DNA of 51,850 bases, from contig CAYRXO010000001.1 of assembly GCA_964428215.1 (NCBI GenBank), forward strand, positions 1 through 51,850, given 5' to 3'. Shown here piece after piece: positions 1 to 10,442 of this stretch (the first letter of the stretch is position 1; each line of letters starts with the position of its first letter). The stretch is from an uncultured Candidatus Accumulibacter sp. GTDB taxonomy: Bacteria; Pseudomonadota; Gammaproteobacteria; Burkholderiales; Rhodocyclaceae. The translations under genes were made by a program, and so were the position numbers. Below the pieces are notes generated by a model. It was not told the DNA's origin. It did not search any database and was given only the letters and a program-made list of their open reading frames with translations.

Positions 1-121
1 AATCGAGCGCAGTGTAGCAAAAAACACTCATTATTATGTTAGCGCTTATGCCCCCCCTCCGTTTGCTAACCGATCATGCAAACAGCGTGGGGTAACTGAG
101 CTTTTTAGGTTGAACGCTTAT
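1..121 (-). mobile_element. Probable end of a second insertion sequence that interrupts the IS1634-like transposase; runs off the window
   Basis: The IS1634-like reading frame loses recognisable sequence abruptly after LYRASD (about position 122). The minus strand then reads ATAAGCGTTCAACCTAAAAAG, followed by non-coding sequence with a TACACT -10-like hexamer near the window edge. Family not assignable. Confidence 0.4.
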
Positions 122-893
122 CATCAGAGGCCCGATAGAGTCGCTCCAGTAGCATCGAGGGCAAATCCACATGCCACAGATCCCCCAGACCGCTTGTACC
201 GGTAAGCCAGCGGTGGCTGGCCAGATTCCACCCTGGCGCGGCCATACGGGCAACCATCGGGCCGATGATCGCCGTGCGCATGACCCCACTGACGCCCAGA
301 TCGACGAGCAGATGCTCGAAGCCCAGTTCGCGCATCGCGGCAAGCGCGACATGCTCAACGCCGATGGAACGGGGCTGCATCAGATCCAGGCTGCCCGGCA
401 GAATCTCGACGAACACCGGTGCCGTAACCGAAGCAGTAACATCGGGCGCAACCTCTGGCTTGGCTTCGACAGTCGCCTCCGAGTCCGCGCCCGTGCCAGA
501 ATCCGCGGCGAGTTGCCCAGAAGCCCCAGCAGCCGCCACAAACGCATCGACACAAGCCCCGGTGTTCGCACCTGCATGACCTCCGGACGCACCGGCAGCC
601 CCCGGTGCCTGCATCACCCCCTCGGCAATCAACCGTGTGACGTAATGCTGTGCGGCCCGCTCGACAGCCTCCGGCACCGGCTCATCGACCAGGGAATCCT
701 GCGCGCACAGCAACTGCTCGATGCGCGCGCACAACGCCGGCCAGCGCTCGCGCGGCAGCGCAAAATGGCGTCCGAGATTGAGCCGCGTCACCTGCCGTAC
801 CGAGCGACCGACACGACGGGACTCGACCAGGCAGTGGGTGAGATAACTCTCACCCGAGGCGGGGTTGTTGGTTCGGGTAGTGCGGATAAACAG
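105..893 (-). pseudogene. Truncated IS1634-family transposase (N-terminal part only)
   Basis: LFIRTTRT...LVESRRVGRSVRQVTRLNLGRHF...PRSIGVEHVAL...LYRASD resembles the IS1634-type N-terminus. The expected start codon reads CTG at 893. There is no DDE core, and the frame ends at 105. An Ala/Gly-rich linker is present. Confidence 0.8.
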
Positions 894-1052
894 GGCGGCA
901 GAGTATGGCAAAAACCGGGCCAGAAACCGCCTGTGAATAACTATTATGGCACCAAATTTCACCAGAAAAACGCGGGCATTTTATAAACAATGAGTTACGA
1001 TCAGCAATGAGCCAGAAAATGGAGATTTATGCTGAACGAGTGCAAACTTGGG
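122..1052 (-). mobile_element. Left portion of an IS1634-like element; terminus CCCAAGTTTGCAC at 1052
   Basis: Transposase fragment plus about 160 bp of AT-richer leader ending in CCCAAGTTTG (minus strand), with an IHF-like AAACAATGAGTTA at about 984-996. The exact terminus is inferred. Confidence 0.6.
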
Positions 1053-1295
1053 CTAATCTTCTGCTGTGCGCACTGCGTTAAAACAAGACCTGGCCCCACC
1101 TATGAAGGTAATGTCGAGGATTTTGGCACGATGGTCAGCTCGGCGTTCGACGAGCTTCTGTCGACGACCAATGCTGCTTTCCGTGCAGAAGCGCTTTCGT
1201 ACGCAAGGCAGATAGGACGAATTTTCGCAAAGCGAAGAGATTGCGCACCGCGTGGTCCGTGCGAAGACTCAGTGATCGTCTTGAGACGACGTTAA

Positions 1296-1394
1296 GGAAA
1301 CGCAGATTTATTCGGGTTTGCTGCCCAGGAGCAAAACTAACCAATTGATTCTATGGTACCTACGATTTTGAAAAACCAATAAATCTGCGTTTCC
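1296..1394. mobile_element. 99-bp MITE-like element A (IS5-like terminal repeats)
   Basis: Perfect 17-bp terminal inverted repeats GGAAACGCAGATTTATT (1296-1312) and AATAAATCTGCGTTTCC (1378-1394), flanked by a 4-bp direct repeat TTAA (1292-1295, 1395-1398). IHF-consensus match on the minus strand at 1338-1350. Confidence 0.85.
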
Positions 1395-1588
1395 TTAAAG
1401 ACCCAGTGCATTGCGCTCTCCACCCCTCAGTGAGAGCACTCGAAGCAATCCCTGGGCAACCTTCTGCACGTCGGCACCGAGGAGAAAGTAGCGCCTATCG
1501 CTTCGGCCCTTGCCTTTGCTCTTCGACGCCGTGTTGTTCAGAAAACTTCGGCACAGCTGGAAAACCACGCTACGTTGCACCAAATTAT

Positions 1589-1687
1589 GGAAGCGCTGAT
1601 TTAATCGCTCTTTCACGTCGATCTGCCACGCAACTAATTGATTTCATTGCTGCAGAAACACCACTTGCCGATTAAATCAGCGCTTCC
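1589..1687. mobile_element. 99-bp MITE-like element B (IS5-like terminal repeats)
   Basis: Perfect 19-bp terminal inverted repeats GGAAGCGCTGATTTAATCG (1589-1607) and CGATTAAATCAGCGCTTCC (1669-1687), flanked by a 4-bp direct repeat TTAT (1585-1588, 1688-1691). IHF-consensus match on the minus strand at 1631-1643. Confidence 0.85.
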
Positions 1688-1719
1688 TTATCCTGCGATC
1701 CTGTAGCGCTTTGCGCTCG

Positions 1720-4700
1720 TCAAGCGGGCTGGCGGCTGCTGACGTAACCGGCGATCAGTGTGAGCAACTGGTCTTCCTGATAAGGTTTACCAAGGTAATG
1801 GTTTACGCCGAGTTCTTCAGCATAGCGTCGATGTTTGTCGGCAGTGCGCGAAGTGATCATGATGATCGGCAAATGTTTGAGCCGCGAATCGTTGCGCAGG
1901 TTGCGAGCGACTTCGAAGCCATCCATCCGAGGCATTTCGATGTCGAGCAACAAGACGTCCGGAATGTCGCCTGCCAGTTGTTCGAGCGCATCGACGCCGT
2001 CTTTGGCAAGTCGTACCTGATAACCGACCCGTGCCAACAAGCGGCTGGTAATCTTGCGCACCGTCAAGGAATCGTCGACGATCATGACGCTTGGCACGTG
2101 CGTGCTGGCCGACTCCGCCGGGAGGCTGCTCTTGCTCGGCGAGGCGGCATTGGTGGATGAGCTGCGCTCTCGACTGGCCAAACCAACCGGGTTGAGAATC
2201 AGCACCACCTGCCCGTTGCCGAGTACCGTCGCTCCATCGACGCCGATTACCCGCGCCAGTTGCTGGCCGATATTCTTGACGACGATTTCCTGATTGCCGA
2301 TCAGTTCATCGATTTGCAGGGCAATGCGCCGGCTGCCACTGCGCAGCAACAACACCCAGTACTGACGTTGGCGACTGCTCTGCAGCGGGTGTTCGCCGAG
2401 CAGATGCGGCAAATAATGGAAAGGATAGGTGTTCCCGTTCCAGAGTGTCGAATTGGTCCGTCGCATCCGCTCGAGACCTTTTTCCTTGAGATCGAGAACC
2501 TGTTCGATCATCGCCGCCGGAATGGCATACTGACTGCCGCCGGAACGGACCAGCAAGGCCTTGGTTACCGCCAGGGTCAGCGGCAGGTACAGACGGAAGG
2601 TGGTTCCCTGACCCGGCGTACTGAAGACTTCGATGCGTCCGCCAAGACTGGCGACTTCGCTCTTCAACACATCCATGCCGATACCGCGACCGGAAAGCCG
2701 AGAGACTTCACTGGCAGTGGACAGACCGGGGGCAAAAATCAGGTCGACGACCCGCTCGACGTCGTTGGCGTCGGCTGCGGAAAGCAATCCGGCGGCCAGA
2801 CCGCGTTGACGCAGGCGATCGATATCGAGACCGGCGCCGTCGTCGGCAAAGCTGACGATGATTTCATTCCCTTCTTGTACCATGCTGAGCGAGATTTCGC
2901 CGATTGCTGGTTTGCCTTTGGCGAGGCGCACCTCGGTTTCTTCGAGACCATGCGCAATGGCATTGCGTAACATGTGTTCGAGTGGTGCGAGCATCTTGTC
3001 GAGAACGCTGCGGTCCACTTCAAGCTGGCTGCCCCTGATCTCGAGGTTGGCGCGTTTGCCAACTTCCTTCGCTGCCTGACGTACGATGCGATACAGCCGT
3101 TCGGCGATACTGCCGAAAGGCACCATGCGGATCGACATCAGTTCCTGCTGCACGTCACGGTTCAGTCGCGATTGTGCAAGGATTGCCGCGTTGGCGTCGT
3201 CCAGGTTCTTGAGTAGATGCTGTTGGACGGTGGCAACGTCGTTGACCGACTCGGCCATCATTCGCGTCAGTTCCTGGAAGCGCGTGAAACGGTCGAATTC
3301 GAGCGGATCAAAGTCGGAAAGCAATTCGCCACTCGGCGCCGTGCGTGACTGCATTTGCGATTCGGCCTGAATCTCGACTTCACGCAGTTGCCGGCGCAAC
3401 CGGATCACGTTTTCTGTCAGGTCGAGCAGCGACAGCTTGATGGCACGCATTTCGCCTTCGATGCGCGAGCGAGCAATCGACAATTCCCCCGCCTGATTGA
3501 CCAGCCGGTCGATCAACTCGGCACGGACGCGCAAGGTCGCCCGCTGAACTCCGGCATCCGCTTCGCTTTCCGGTGTTTCGGCGCGCGCGGCGTCTTCCGT
3601 GGTTGGGGTGATGGCCACTGCGCTGGCGGCCTTGCCCGTGACTCCGGGTGCGGCGTGCACCGCCGATACGGCTTGCGCGGGCGCCATGTCGCCACTTTGC
3701 AAGGCTTCAACGCTCTGCACGATCAGATCGAAAGTGCTTTCGACATCCTCAATCAGTTCGAGCGGCGGTCTATCCTCTGGTCGGGGCTGTTGCATCCGGG
3801 TTTCGACGGCATGCACTATTTCGCCAAGAATCATCGCCCCGGACATGCGGGCACTGCCTTTGAGCGTATGGAACAGGCGGGCGAGACGGCGCGGCGGATC
3901 ACCATCAACGGGATTGTTGCGCCAAGCCTGCAATTGCGCAGCGATGTTCTGGTTGATATCGAGCGCTTCTTCGAGGAACAACGGCAACAGCTGTTCGTCG
4001 AGTTCGTCGACCAGCACCGGCAGAGTCGTCGCCGGGAGAGCGACGCTTCCGGGCTGAGGCTCGTTAACGAGGACGGTTCCGGGCAGGACGACCGGAGAAA
4101 CTGGCTGAACCGGCGCCGTTTCGGCTACCGGCGTCTCCTGCATGGCCGCTACATCGCCACCTTCAACGGCAGGAGTTTCCGGCCACTGCTCGGCCGGATA
4201 AAGAGCGGCCAAGGCAGCGAGCAACGTTTCGTCGAACGCCGGCTCGAAGCCATCAACGATATCATTAAGCTGGCCGCTCAGCATGTCGATGGTTTTCTGT
4301 ACCGTGGCCAGAGCGTCGAGATCGTCGGGATGCGCGCAGTGATTACGGCGCATCAGCGCATGCTCCAGTGCCCGGCTCAGGCGATTGACCGATCCGATGC
4401 CGACCGTACCGGCGATGCCGGCCAGAGTGTGTGCCGCCCGATACATCTCGTGTTTCGTCGGATCTGCCGGACAGAGTTCGAGTAATGAAAATTCTCGCGT
4501 CAGCGTTTCGAGGTGCGTATGTGCTTCGTCGTTGAAAATGTCGGCCAGTCCAGCAGCAATCGAAAGTCGCGGACGTGGGGATAGGCTCGCCGGTTCATCT
4601 TCAAGCGGAAGAGATTCGTCCGCCAGCACGTCGCCTGACGCGTCGTCGAGCGGTACGGCAGCTTCTTCATGAGCAATCGGTGCGATCGTGTCGGCGACGA

Positions 4701-7353
4701 CGGTGATGGTCTCTGCCAACGTCAGATCGGGCAAATCAAGATGAAACTCTGCCGGTGTTTCTTCGGGCGTTGTTGCCGGCAGCTCGATAATTTCGGCTGA
4801 GGATATGTCGAGCAATCCAACCAGCTCGGCGTCGGTCGTGACCGGTTCGCTGTCGATTGTCGCTGCCTGCGCTTCAGCCATCGGGGTAACCGTGGCGGGC
4901 GCTGCCGGTGGAATAGCCAGTAATTTTTCGACTGGCGACTCGCTAGCCTGACGTAAAGCATCGGCGGCAGCAATCAACGGAGTGGCGTCCGGCAACTGGC
5001 CTTCGCCAAGACGCAGCTGTTTGACCCAGATGTTGAAAACCGAGTAGGACTGATCGATCAAGGCCTGCAGCGATGCGTTGAGCGGCTGTTCCTGTCGCAA
5101 CCAGAGATTGAGAACCTGCTCCACAGCCCAGGCGGCTTCACCAAGATCTTTCAGACCGACCATCCGGCCGCTGCCTTTCAAGGTATGCACCGAACGGCGC
5201 AGAGCCCGCATCAGTTCGAGGTTGTCCGGCTCCTGTTTCAGGCTGCTGAAATTGCTGGCGATGCTCGCAAGAACTTCTTCTGCTTCTTCGAGGAAAATTC
5301 CCAGCAGTTCGGCGTCGACTTCCTCGGTCGATGCCTGCGCCAACTGCAGCGTTGCCGCCGAGGGTTGTGGCGCCGCGACTGGCTGCAGCGTGGCCATGGC
5401 CTGATCGATCTGTTCGGCATGACTGCCGGCAGCCAGTGCAGTCAGCATGTCCTTGGTGTCTTTTTCGAGCTGTTTGTCAGCGATCAGACCGGCATCTTTC
5501 TGCAGCGATGCCAGGTTTTGTTCGACTTCCCGACGCAAGGAGGCATCGCTGGGCTGTTCTTTGAGCGCGGCCAACAAGGCGCGCGTTTCACGTTTGCCTT
5601 GTTCGATTTCCTGCTCGACAGAAGCGGCTGGCTGCTCTTCGCTGATGCTTGTGGAGCGTCCGCCGTCTTTTTTCAACTCGGCGGCAAAATTGTCAAAATC
5701 GACCGGACCGTGCTGCAAAGCATCGATGAAAAAGCCAACCAGCGCCAGTTCTTCGGCTACACGGATGAAATCACTCTCCTGCGGAACGTACTCGAAAGTG
5801 GCGAAGGTGCGGATTTCCGCCGCGCATTGCTTCAACACGACGACCGCACCTTCATGTCGCATGATGGTCAATGCGCCGACGATCTGGCGGATCATCGTTT
5901 CCAAGCCGGTCAGATCCGACCGTTTGCTCACATCGCGGAAAAAACCGTCGAGAACCTGTTCGATTTGTCCCAGATTGCTCTGAATCTCGCGAGCGACCTG
6001 TCCATTGAGCAGTCGTTCGTGCGCCAGACGCGACATTTCATCGAGTGAAGGCACTTCGGAATCAGGCAACGGCTCCTTGCCTGCCAGACAGTCGGCCAGG
6101 CGAGCCACCATCACTGCCACCTGACGCGAAAAACTTTCGCCGAGATAGGCGAGATTGTCCTGGGCATGCTGTGCCAGCAGGATCGCTGTCGCCGTCTCCA
6201 TAGCCATCGCTTCACTATGGATCGCCGGATTTTTGACGAGCTGACCGGCTACGGTGGACAACGCCTGCGACAAGGCAATGTAGTCGGCATTTCCTGTCCG
6301 CTGAACAATGCTGGACAGATTGACGGTATTGGTCCGGAAGACCGGCAGAGCCGCGCTTGTTCCGGCACAGAATTTATTCCAGGCTTCCTCGGTGGCCGCA
6401 ACCGTCTCGCGCAAGCGGCGCCGCACCGACTCTTTGGCTACTGGGACGGGTGGCGCGCCGTCAGGCAACAGTGACGCCAGATGGTAGGTATCCTTGACCC
6501 GCTTGACCAGCCGGTCGGTGCTCCGCGATTTGGCAACCAGATACAGCGCGTCACGCAACAGGCGTTCAGCCACATTGCTGGAGCCCTCAAGCAGGCGGCG
6601 AATCTGCAGATCGATCCGCGTGCAGAGTTGTCTGGCGTCGGCATCCGGTGGCAGTGTCCGCTCGGCAAGCGAAGTCAAAAAGGCGGTGGCCACCCACCAG
6701 AAGGCGCGCGTTGCCGGCTGTTCCTGCAGGCTTTCGATGCGTTGCACCGCATTGAGCATGTCGTCGCTGCCGGTCCCGCTTTGCGGGCTGCGCAACCAGG
6801 CCAACAGACCGCGCTGGAATTGTGATCTGGCGTTGCGCAACAGGTGCTGCGCTTCCTGGCGACTGACTTTGGGCAACGGCGACGAACGGCGTGGCGGACG
6901 GATACGCAGGTCAGGAAAGAACAGGTCGCCGGGTTGCGCCCGCTCAAAACCACGCGCCACTTGGAGTTCCTGGTACAACGGCAGCAGACGTAAGGCCTGA
7001 TTCGGCTGGCCGCTCAGCAGGTCGTCCAGATAGTTGCCTAAAGCGACGATCGCGCGTTGCGCCAGCGGGATCACCGCACTACCAGCGTTGCATTGTCGTT
7101 GTTCAACGGCTACGAGCAGCGCTTCAACCGCTTCGGCGAATTGCGTGACACCATCCAGGCTGACGATGGTCAACGCGCCCTGGACCTGATGCAGGTGAGT
7201 ACGGCAAAAGCGGATCTGCGTAAAGTCATCCGGCGCAGTGTCGGCGCCGCGTGTGTACTCCTGCAATGCCTTGGAAGCGCGTTCCAGAGCAAGATCTATT
7301 TCACTTTTGACCCAGGTCAGCGGTCCGATATCGAATTCCGTCGTGGCAGTCAT
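1720..7353 (-). CDS. chpA: ChpA/PilL-type chemosensory hybrid histidine kinase (multiple Hpt, HATPase, CheW, REC)
   Basis: 1877 aa. Hpt motifs HTLKGSG, HTLAGIA, HTLKGSA; EHMLRNAIAHG; DDGAG; SGRGIGMDV; CheW domain; C-terminal receiver (VDDS..DIEMP). Lies downstream of pilJ. Confidence 0.95.
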   Translation of the reverse strand: MTATTEFDIGPLTWVKSEIDLALERASKALQEYTRGADTAPDDFTQIRFCRTHLHQVQGALTIVSLDGVTQFAEAVEALLVAVEQRQCNAGSAVIPLAQRAIVALGNYLDDLLSGQPNQALRLLPLYQELQVARGFERAQPGDLFFPDLRIRPPRRSSPLPKVSRQEAQHLLRNARSQFQRGLLAWLRSPQSGTGSDDMLNAVQRIESLQEQPATRAFWWVATAFLTSLAERTLPPDADARQLCTRIDLQIRRLLEGSSNVAERLLRDALYLVAKSRSTDRLVKRVKDTYHLASLLPDGAPPVPVAKESVRRRLRETVAATEEAWNKFCAGTSAALPVFRTNTVNLSSIVQRTGNADYIALSQALSTVAGQLVKNPAIHSEAMAMETATAILLAQHAQDNLAYLGESFSRQVAVMVARLADCLAGKEPLPDSEVPSLDEMSRLAHERLLNGQVAREIQSNLGQIEQVLDGFFRDVSKRSDLTGLETMIRQIVGALTIMRHEGAVVVLKQCAAEIRTFATFEYVPQESDFIRVAEELALVGFFIDALQHGPVDFDNFAAELKKDGGRSTSISEEQPAASVEQEIEQGKRETRALLAALKEQPSDASLRREVEQNLASLQKDAGLIADKQLEKDTKDMLTALAAGSHAEQIDQAMATLQPVAAPQPSAATLQLAQASTEEVDAELLGIFLEEAEEVLASIASNFSSLKQEPDNLELMRALRRSVHTLKGSGRMVGLKDLGEAAWAVEQVLNLWLRQEQPLNASLQALIDQSYSVFNIWVKQLRLGEGQLPDATPLIAAADALRQASESPVEKLLAIPPAAPATVTPMAEAQAATIDSEPVTTDAELVGLLDISSAEIIELPATTPEETPAEFHLDLPDLTLAETITVVADTIAPIAHEEAAVPLDDASGDVLADESLPLEDEPASLSPRPRLSIAAGLADIFNDEAHTHLETLTREFSLLELCPADPTKHEMYRAAHTLAGIAGTVGIGSVNRLSRALEHALMRRNHCAHPDDLDALATVQKTIDMLSGQLNDIVDGFEPAFDETLLAALAALYPAEQWPETPAVEGGDVAAMQETPVAETAPVQPVSPVVLPGTVLVNEPQPGSVALPATTLPVLVDELDEQLLPLFLEEALDINQNIAAQLQAWRNNPVDGDPPRRLARLFHTLKGSARMSGAMILGEIVHAVETRMQQPRPEDRPPLELIEDVESTFDLIVQSVEALQSGDMAPAQAVSAVHAAPGVTGKAASAVAITPTTEDAARAETPESEADAGVQRATLRVRAELIDRLVNQAGELSIARSRIEGEMRAIKLSLLDLTENVIRLRRQLREVEIQAESQMQSRTAPSGELLSDFDPLEFDRFTRFQELTRMMAESVNDVATVQQHLLKNLDDANAAILAQSRLNRDVQQELMSIRMVPFGSIAERLYRIVRQAAKEVGKRANLEIRGSQLEVDRSVLDKMLAPLEHMLRNAIAHGLEETEVRLAKGKPAIGEISLSMVQEGNEIIVSFADDGAGLDIDRLRQRGLAAGLLSAADANDVERVVDLIFAPGLSTASEVSRLSGRGIGMDVLKSEVASLGGRIEVFSTPGQGTTFRLYLPLTLAVTKALLVRSGGSQYAIPAAMIEQVLDLKEKGLERMRRTNSTLWNGNTYPFHYLPHLLGEHPLQSSRQRQYWVLLLRSGSRRIALQIDELIGNQEIVVKNIGQQLARVIGVDGATVLGNGQVVLILNPVGLASRERSSSTNAASPSKSSLPAESASTHVPSVMIVDDSLTVRKITSRLLARVGYQVRLAKDGVDALEQLAGDIPDVLLLDIEMPRMDGFEVARNLRNDSRLKHLPIIMITSRTADKHRRYAEELGVNHYLGKPYQEDQLLTLIAGYVSSRQPA

Positions 7354-7522
7354 CTAAGACAGGTTCTCCACTCCATGCACACGGCGCATGCGCCGAGGGT
7401 GACGCATTCACACAGTATGTGTCGCCGGTGGACTGCGCATTTGTCCACAGATCGGCAACCTATGGCCCAGTCGCCAGGATTTGCGTCGGCGACTTTGCAC
7501 GTTGTCTCATCAAGGCCGTCGT

Positions 7523-9676
7523 TCAAGAGACCTTGAAACCAGCGACCGATCCTTTCAATTCAGTGGCCAGGTTGGCCAAATCGCCAATAGCAATGGCCGT
7601 CTTCTCGGTACCGGCTGTCGTTTGACCCGTCACCTGCAGAATGTCCTGCATCTTGCGAGCGACGTTGGTTGCGATATCCGCTTGCTGACGGGTAGCACGT
7701 GAGATGTTTTCGATCAGACCGGTCAGCGATTTGCTCACTTCGCCGATTTCAGCCAGCGCCTTGCCGGCCGCGTCGGAAAGTTTGGCGCCTTCGACAACCC
7801 CGCGAGTGGATTCTTCCATCGCGGAAACCGTATCCTGCGTGTCGGTCTGGATCGCACGGACGATGGCGCCGATCTGCTTGGTTGCCTCACCGGAACGCTC
7901 CGCGAGCCGCTGCACTTCCTCGGCAACCACCGTGAAGCCGCGACCGGCCTCGCCGGCCGAGGCGGCCTGGATCGCCGCGTTGAGCGCCAGAACGTTGGTC
8001 TGCTCGGTAATGTCCGAAATCAGTTCGACGATCTCGCCGATTTCCTGGGACGACTCGCCCAGACGCTTGATGCGTTTCGATGTTTCCTGAATCTGATCGC
8101 GGATCTTGTTCATGCCTTTGATCGAGTCTTCCACGGCCAGCGCGCCTTTGTCCGCTGCGGCCAGCGACTGGCGGGCAACGGTCGCCGACTGTTTGGCCTC
8201 ACCGGAGACATTGTTCATCGAGGTGGCCATCGACAGCACCGAGTGGCCTGCGGCTTTGATTTCGGTCGCCTGGCGCTCGGCAGCGGCCAACAGTTCGGTG
8301 GAAGTCTGTTGTGCGACTTCGGTGGCGACTGTCACCTGCCCGGCTGCGTCGTTGATTCGCCCGACCAGTACGCGCAGCTCCTCAATGGTGTAGTTGATGG
8401 AATCGGCGATGGCGCCGGTGATGTCTTCGGAAACCGTCGCGGTGACTGTCAGATCGCCATCGGCCAGATCACCCAATTCGTTCATCAGGCGCAAGATCGC
8501 ACCCTGGTTCTGTTTGTTGACCTGCTCCGTTTCCTGCTGGCTCTTCGCTGCTTGTTGTGCATGCCGCTGGCTTTCGGCGAGATAGGTGAAGACCAATATG
8601 CCGAGCAGTCCGAGAGCCAGCAGACTGAGGACGAGCAGGACGATGATGTAGCCGGTACGCGACAAAACGCTGCCTTGATACGATTGCAGCAGCTGGTTGG
8701 TTGCTTCAAGCAGTTCTTCGCTGTCGCTGAAAATTTGTGCGCCCGCCTGTTTGGCCACCGTGAGGCGCTGCATGTTGTCGAGAATGGTCTTGATCGCTAC
8801 CTGCGTCTCGGTAAATTTTTCTTCAAGCTCGCCAAGTTTGGTGCGTGTCTCCGGATCAGTGGTTGGCGGCACACGTTGCGCATCACTTCCTTTGGCCAGC
8901 GTCTTCAGCGCGTCACGAAAAGTGGTGGTGTCCTTGCCGAGAAGAAAAGCATTCTCGGCGTCAATGGCCTGGCCCACCAGCAGCGAGTTAACATTTTTTG
9001 CAATCCGCTGGGTCAACATCACCAATTGATTGGCCAGGCTGCTTTCGCGAGAAGTTCCTCCAGCCTTGAGCGTCGACACTTGTGTCGCCAACTCCAGCAA
9101 CTGCGGATTCTTGGTGTTGATCAGCGCCACATCCTTACCCAAAGCAACCAGGTTTTTTTCCACTTCGAGCAACTGAGCAGCGTTTTTGTCCGTTTTTTCC
9201 CAGACCTGGGTCAAGGCTTGCAACTGGCCCTGAACGCTTGACGGGGAGGAAGGAACGGTCGTATTTGCCAGTTCACCTCCATTGGTCAGTTTATCCAGGT
9301 TGCTGGCGAAACCGTCTCGTGAATCACGAAGCTGCTTGAAACCGGTGGGATCACCGAGCAAGGCCACGTTTGAGGCTTTGGCCAGACGTTGCGAAAGCAT
9401 GCGCATGTCGCCTACCGCGGCGATATAGGCTGTACCATAGGTTGATTGCCGACTGTCGCGGAAGACCATGATCGCAATCAGGAACATGACGACGATCAAT
9501 GCGATGCCGATGATTTGCAGCTGCTTGCCAATCGGGTATTTGCTGAGCAGTTCCATCGGCAGGCGAAATTTTTCGCTCCATGCCGAAGCGCCTGAACCCG
9601 GTGTAATCAACAGGGTTTTACCGCTCGGGTCAGCCATACGGGAGAGAAACGGTGGCAACTTGGCTTTGAGATTCAT
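7523..9676 (-). CDS. pilJ: PilJ methyl-accepting chemotaxis protein
   Basis: Two TM helices and the MCP hairpin [37 protein letters not shown]; Pil-Chp context. Confidence 0.95.
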   Translation of the reverse strand: MNLKAKLPPFLSRMADPSGKTLLITPGSGASAWSEKFRLPMELLSKYPIGKQLQIIGIALIVVMFLIAIMVFRDSRQSTYGTAYIAAVGDMRMLSQRLAKASNVALLGDPTGFKQLRDSRDGFASNLDKLTNGGELANTTVPSSPSSVQGQLQALTQVWEKTDKNAAQLLEVEKNLVALGKDVALINTKNPQLLELATQVSTLKAGGTSRESSLANQLVMLTQRIAKNVNSLLVGQAIDAENAFLLGKDTTTFRDALKTLAKGSDAQRVPPTTDPETRTKLGELEEKFTETQVAIKTILDNMQRLTVAKQAGAQIFSDSEELLEATNQLLQSYQGSVLSRTGYIIVLLVLSLLALGLLGILVFTYLAESQRHAQQAAKSQQETEQVNKQNQGAILRLMNELGDLADGDLTVTATVSEDITGAIADSINYTIEELRVLVGRINDAAGQVTVATEVAQQTSTELLAAAERQATEIKAAGHSVLSMATSMNNVSGEAKQSATVARQSLAAADKGALAVEDSIKGMNKIRDQIQETSKRIKRLGESSQEIGEIVELISDITEQTNVLALNAAIQAASAGEAGRGFTVVAEEVQRLAERSGEATKQIGAIVRAIQTDTQDTVSAMEESTRGVVEGAKLSDAAGKALAEIGEVSKSLTGLIENISRATRQQADIATNVARKMQDILQVTGQTTAGTEKTAIAIGDLANLATELKGSVAGFKVS

Positions 9677-9815
9677 CGTACGCCTCCTGTCAGGTCAGCC
9701 GAACGCTGAACAACATGAGCGATGAGCGAAACGCGGTCTGAGCAGGCTGACGCAGTGAATGTTTGTTCGGCGGGAGTAGCTTCGAGCATTTGTGTGATTT
9801 CAATAAAAGAAGAAC

Positions 9816-10325
9816 TTATGCACCAATTTCCATGAACTCCTGGTCGGCAAGCAGCTCGCGCACGCGCAACTTTTTCCAGCGGCGGCCCTCGTTATCCGAG
9901 TAGGTTTCGTTCGCCCAGGCCGGCGCGGCGGGATCGGGATTTTCCAATGTCAACGCATTGACATTGCGCAGACCGATCATTCGCGTTACCAACAGCGCGG
10001 CATTACTGCCGTGACGGGTTCCAATCAGTAAAAGACGTGCGTTGGCATTGTGCACCGTCATCTCTTTTCCGAGAAATGCCGACCAATCGACGACCGAGAA
10101 CAGGTTGCCGCGAATGTTGGCAATTCCCAGGAACCAGGGCTTGGTCAGGGGAACATCGGTCAAAGCGGACAAGGGGACAATTTCGCCGGAATCAGCCAGA
10201 TCCAGCAACCAGTATTCCGAGCCAGCCTGAATCCCGAGCAACCCGGAAGCGCTGCGTTGACCGGCGTCAGCCAGTCGGGAAGCGAGATAGCTCTGGAATT
10301 CATGCAGCTTGATTTTCTTGGTCAT
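9816..10325 (-). CDS. pilI: PilI CheW-like adaptor
   Basis: VPLTKPWFLGIANIRGNLFSVVD CheW motif; located between pilH and pilJ. Confidence 0.92.
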   Translation of the reverse strand: MTKKIKLHEFQSYLASRLADAGQRSASGLLGIQAGSEYWLLDLADSGEIVPLSALTDVPLTKPWFLGIANIRGNLFSVVDWSAFLGKEMTVHNANARLLLIGTRHGSNAALLVTRMIGLRNVNALTLENPDPAAPAWANETYSDNEGRRWKKLRVRELLADQEFMEIGA

Positions 10326-10442
10326 GCCTGCCTATCACCCACAAGCCATTGACATCTGCAACCGCCGGGCTGGAAAGCTCTCTTCCCCGCTGGCAAATGG
10401 CATCACGAAGCCAAATCTGTACCGGGATTGCACTGGCGCACG

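Noticed and set aside
1395-1616. 73-aa minus-strand ORF (and the overlapping 1029-1295 and 1406-1675 ORFs)
   Set aside because: The ORF starts inside MITE B and stops on the TSD of MITE A, with no recognisable motif; these ORFs are probably by-products of the repeats.
1296-1687. Twin repeats interpreted as a CRISPR array or integron attC sites
   Set aside because: There are only two units with dissimilar interiors, each has a TSD and perfect TIRs, there are no RYYYAAC/GTTRRRY core sites, and no cas or integrase gene is present.
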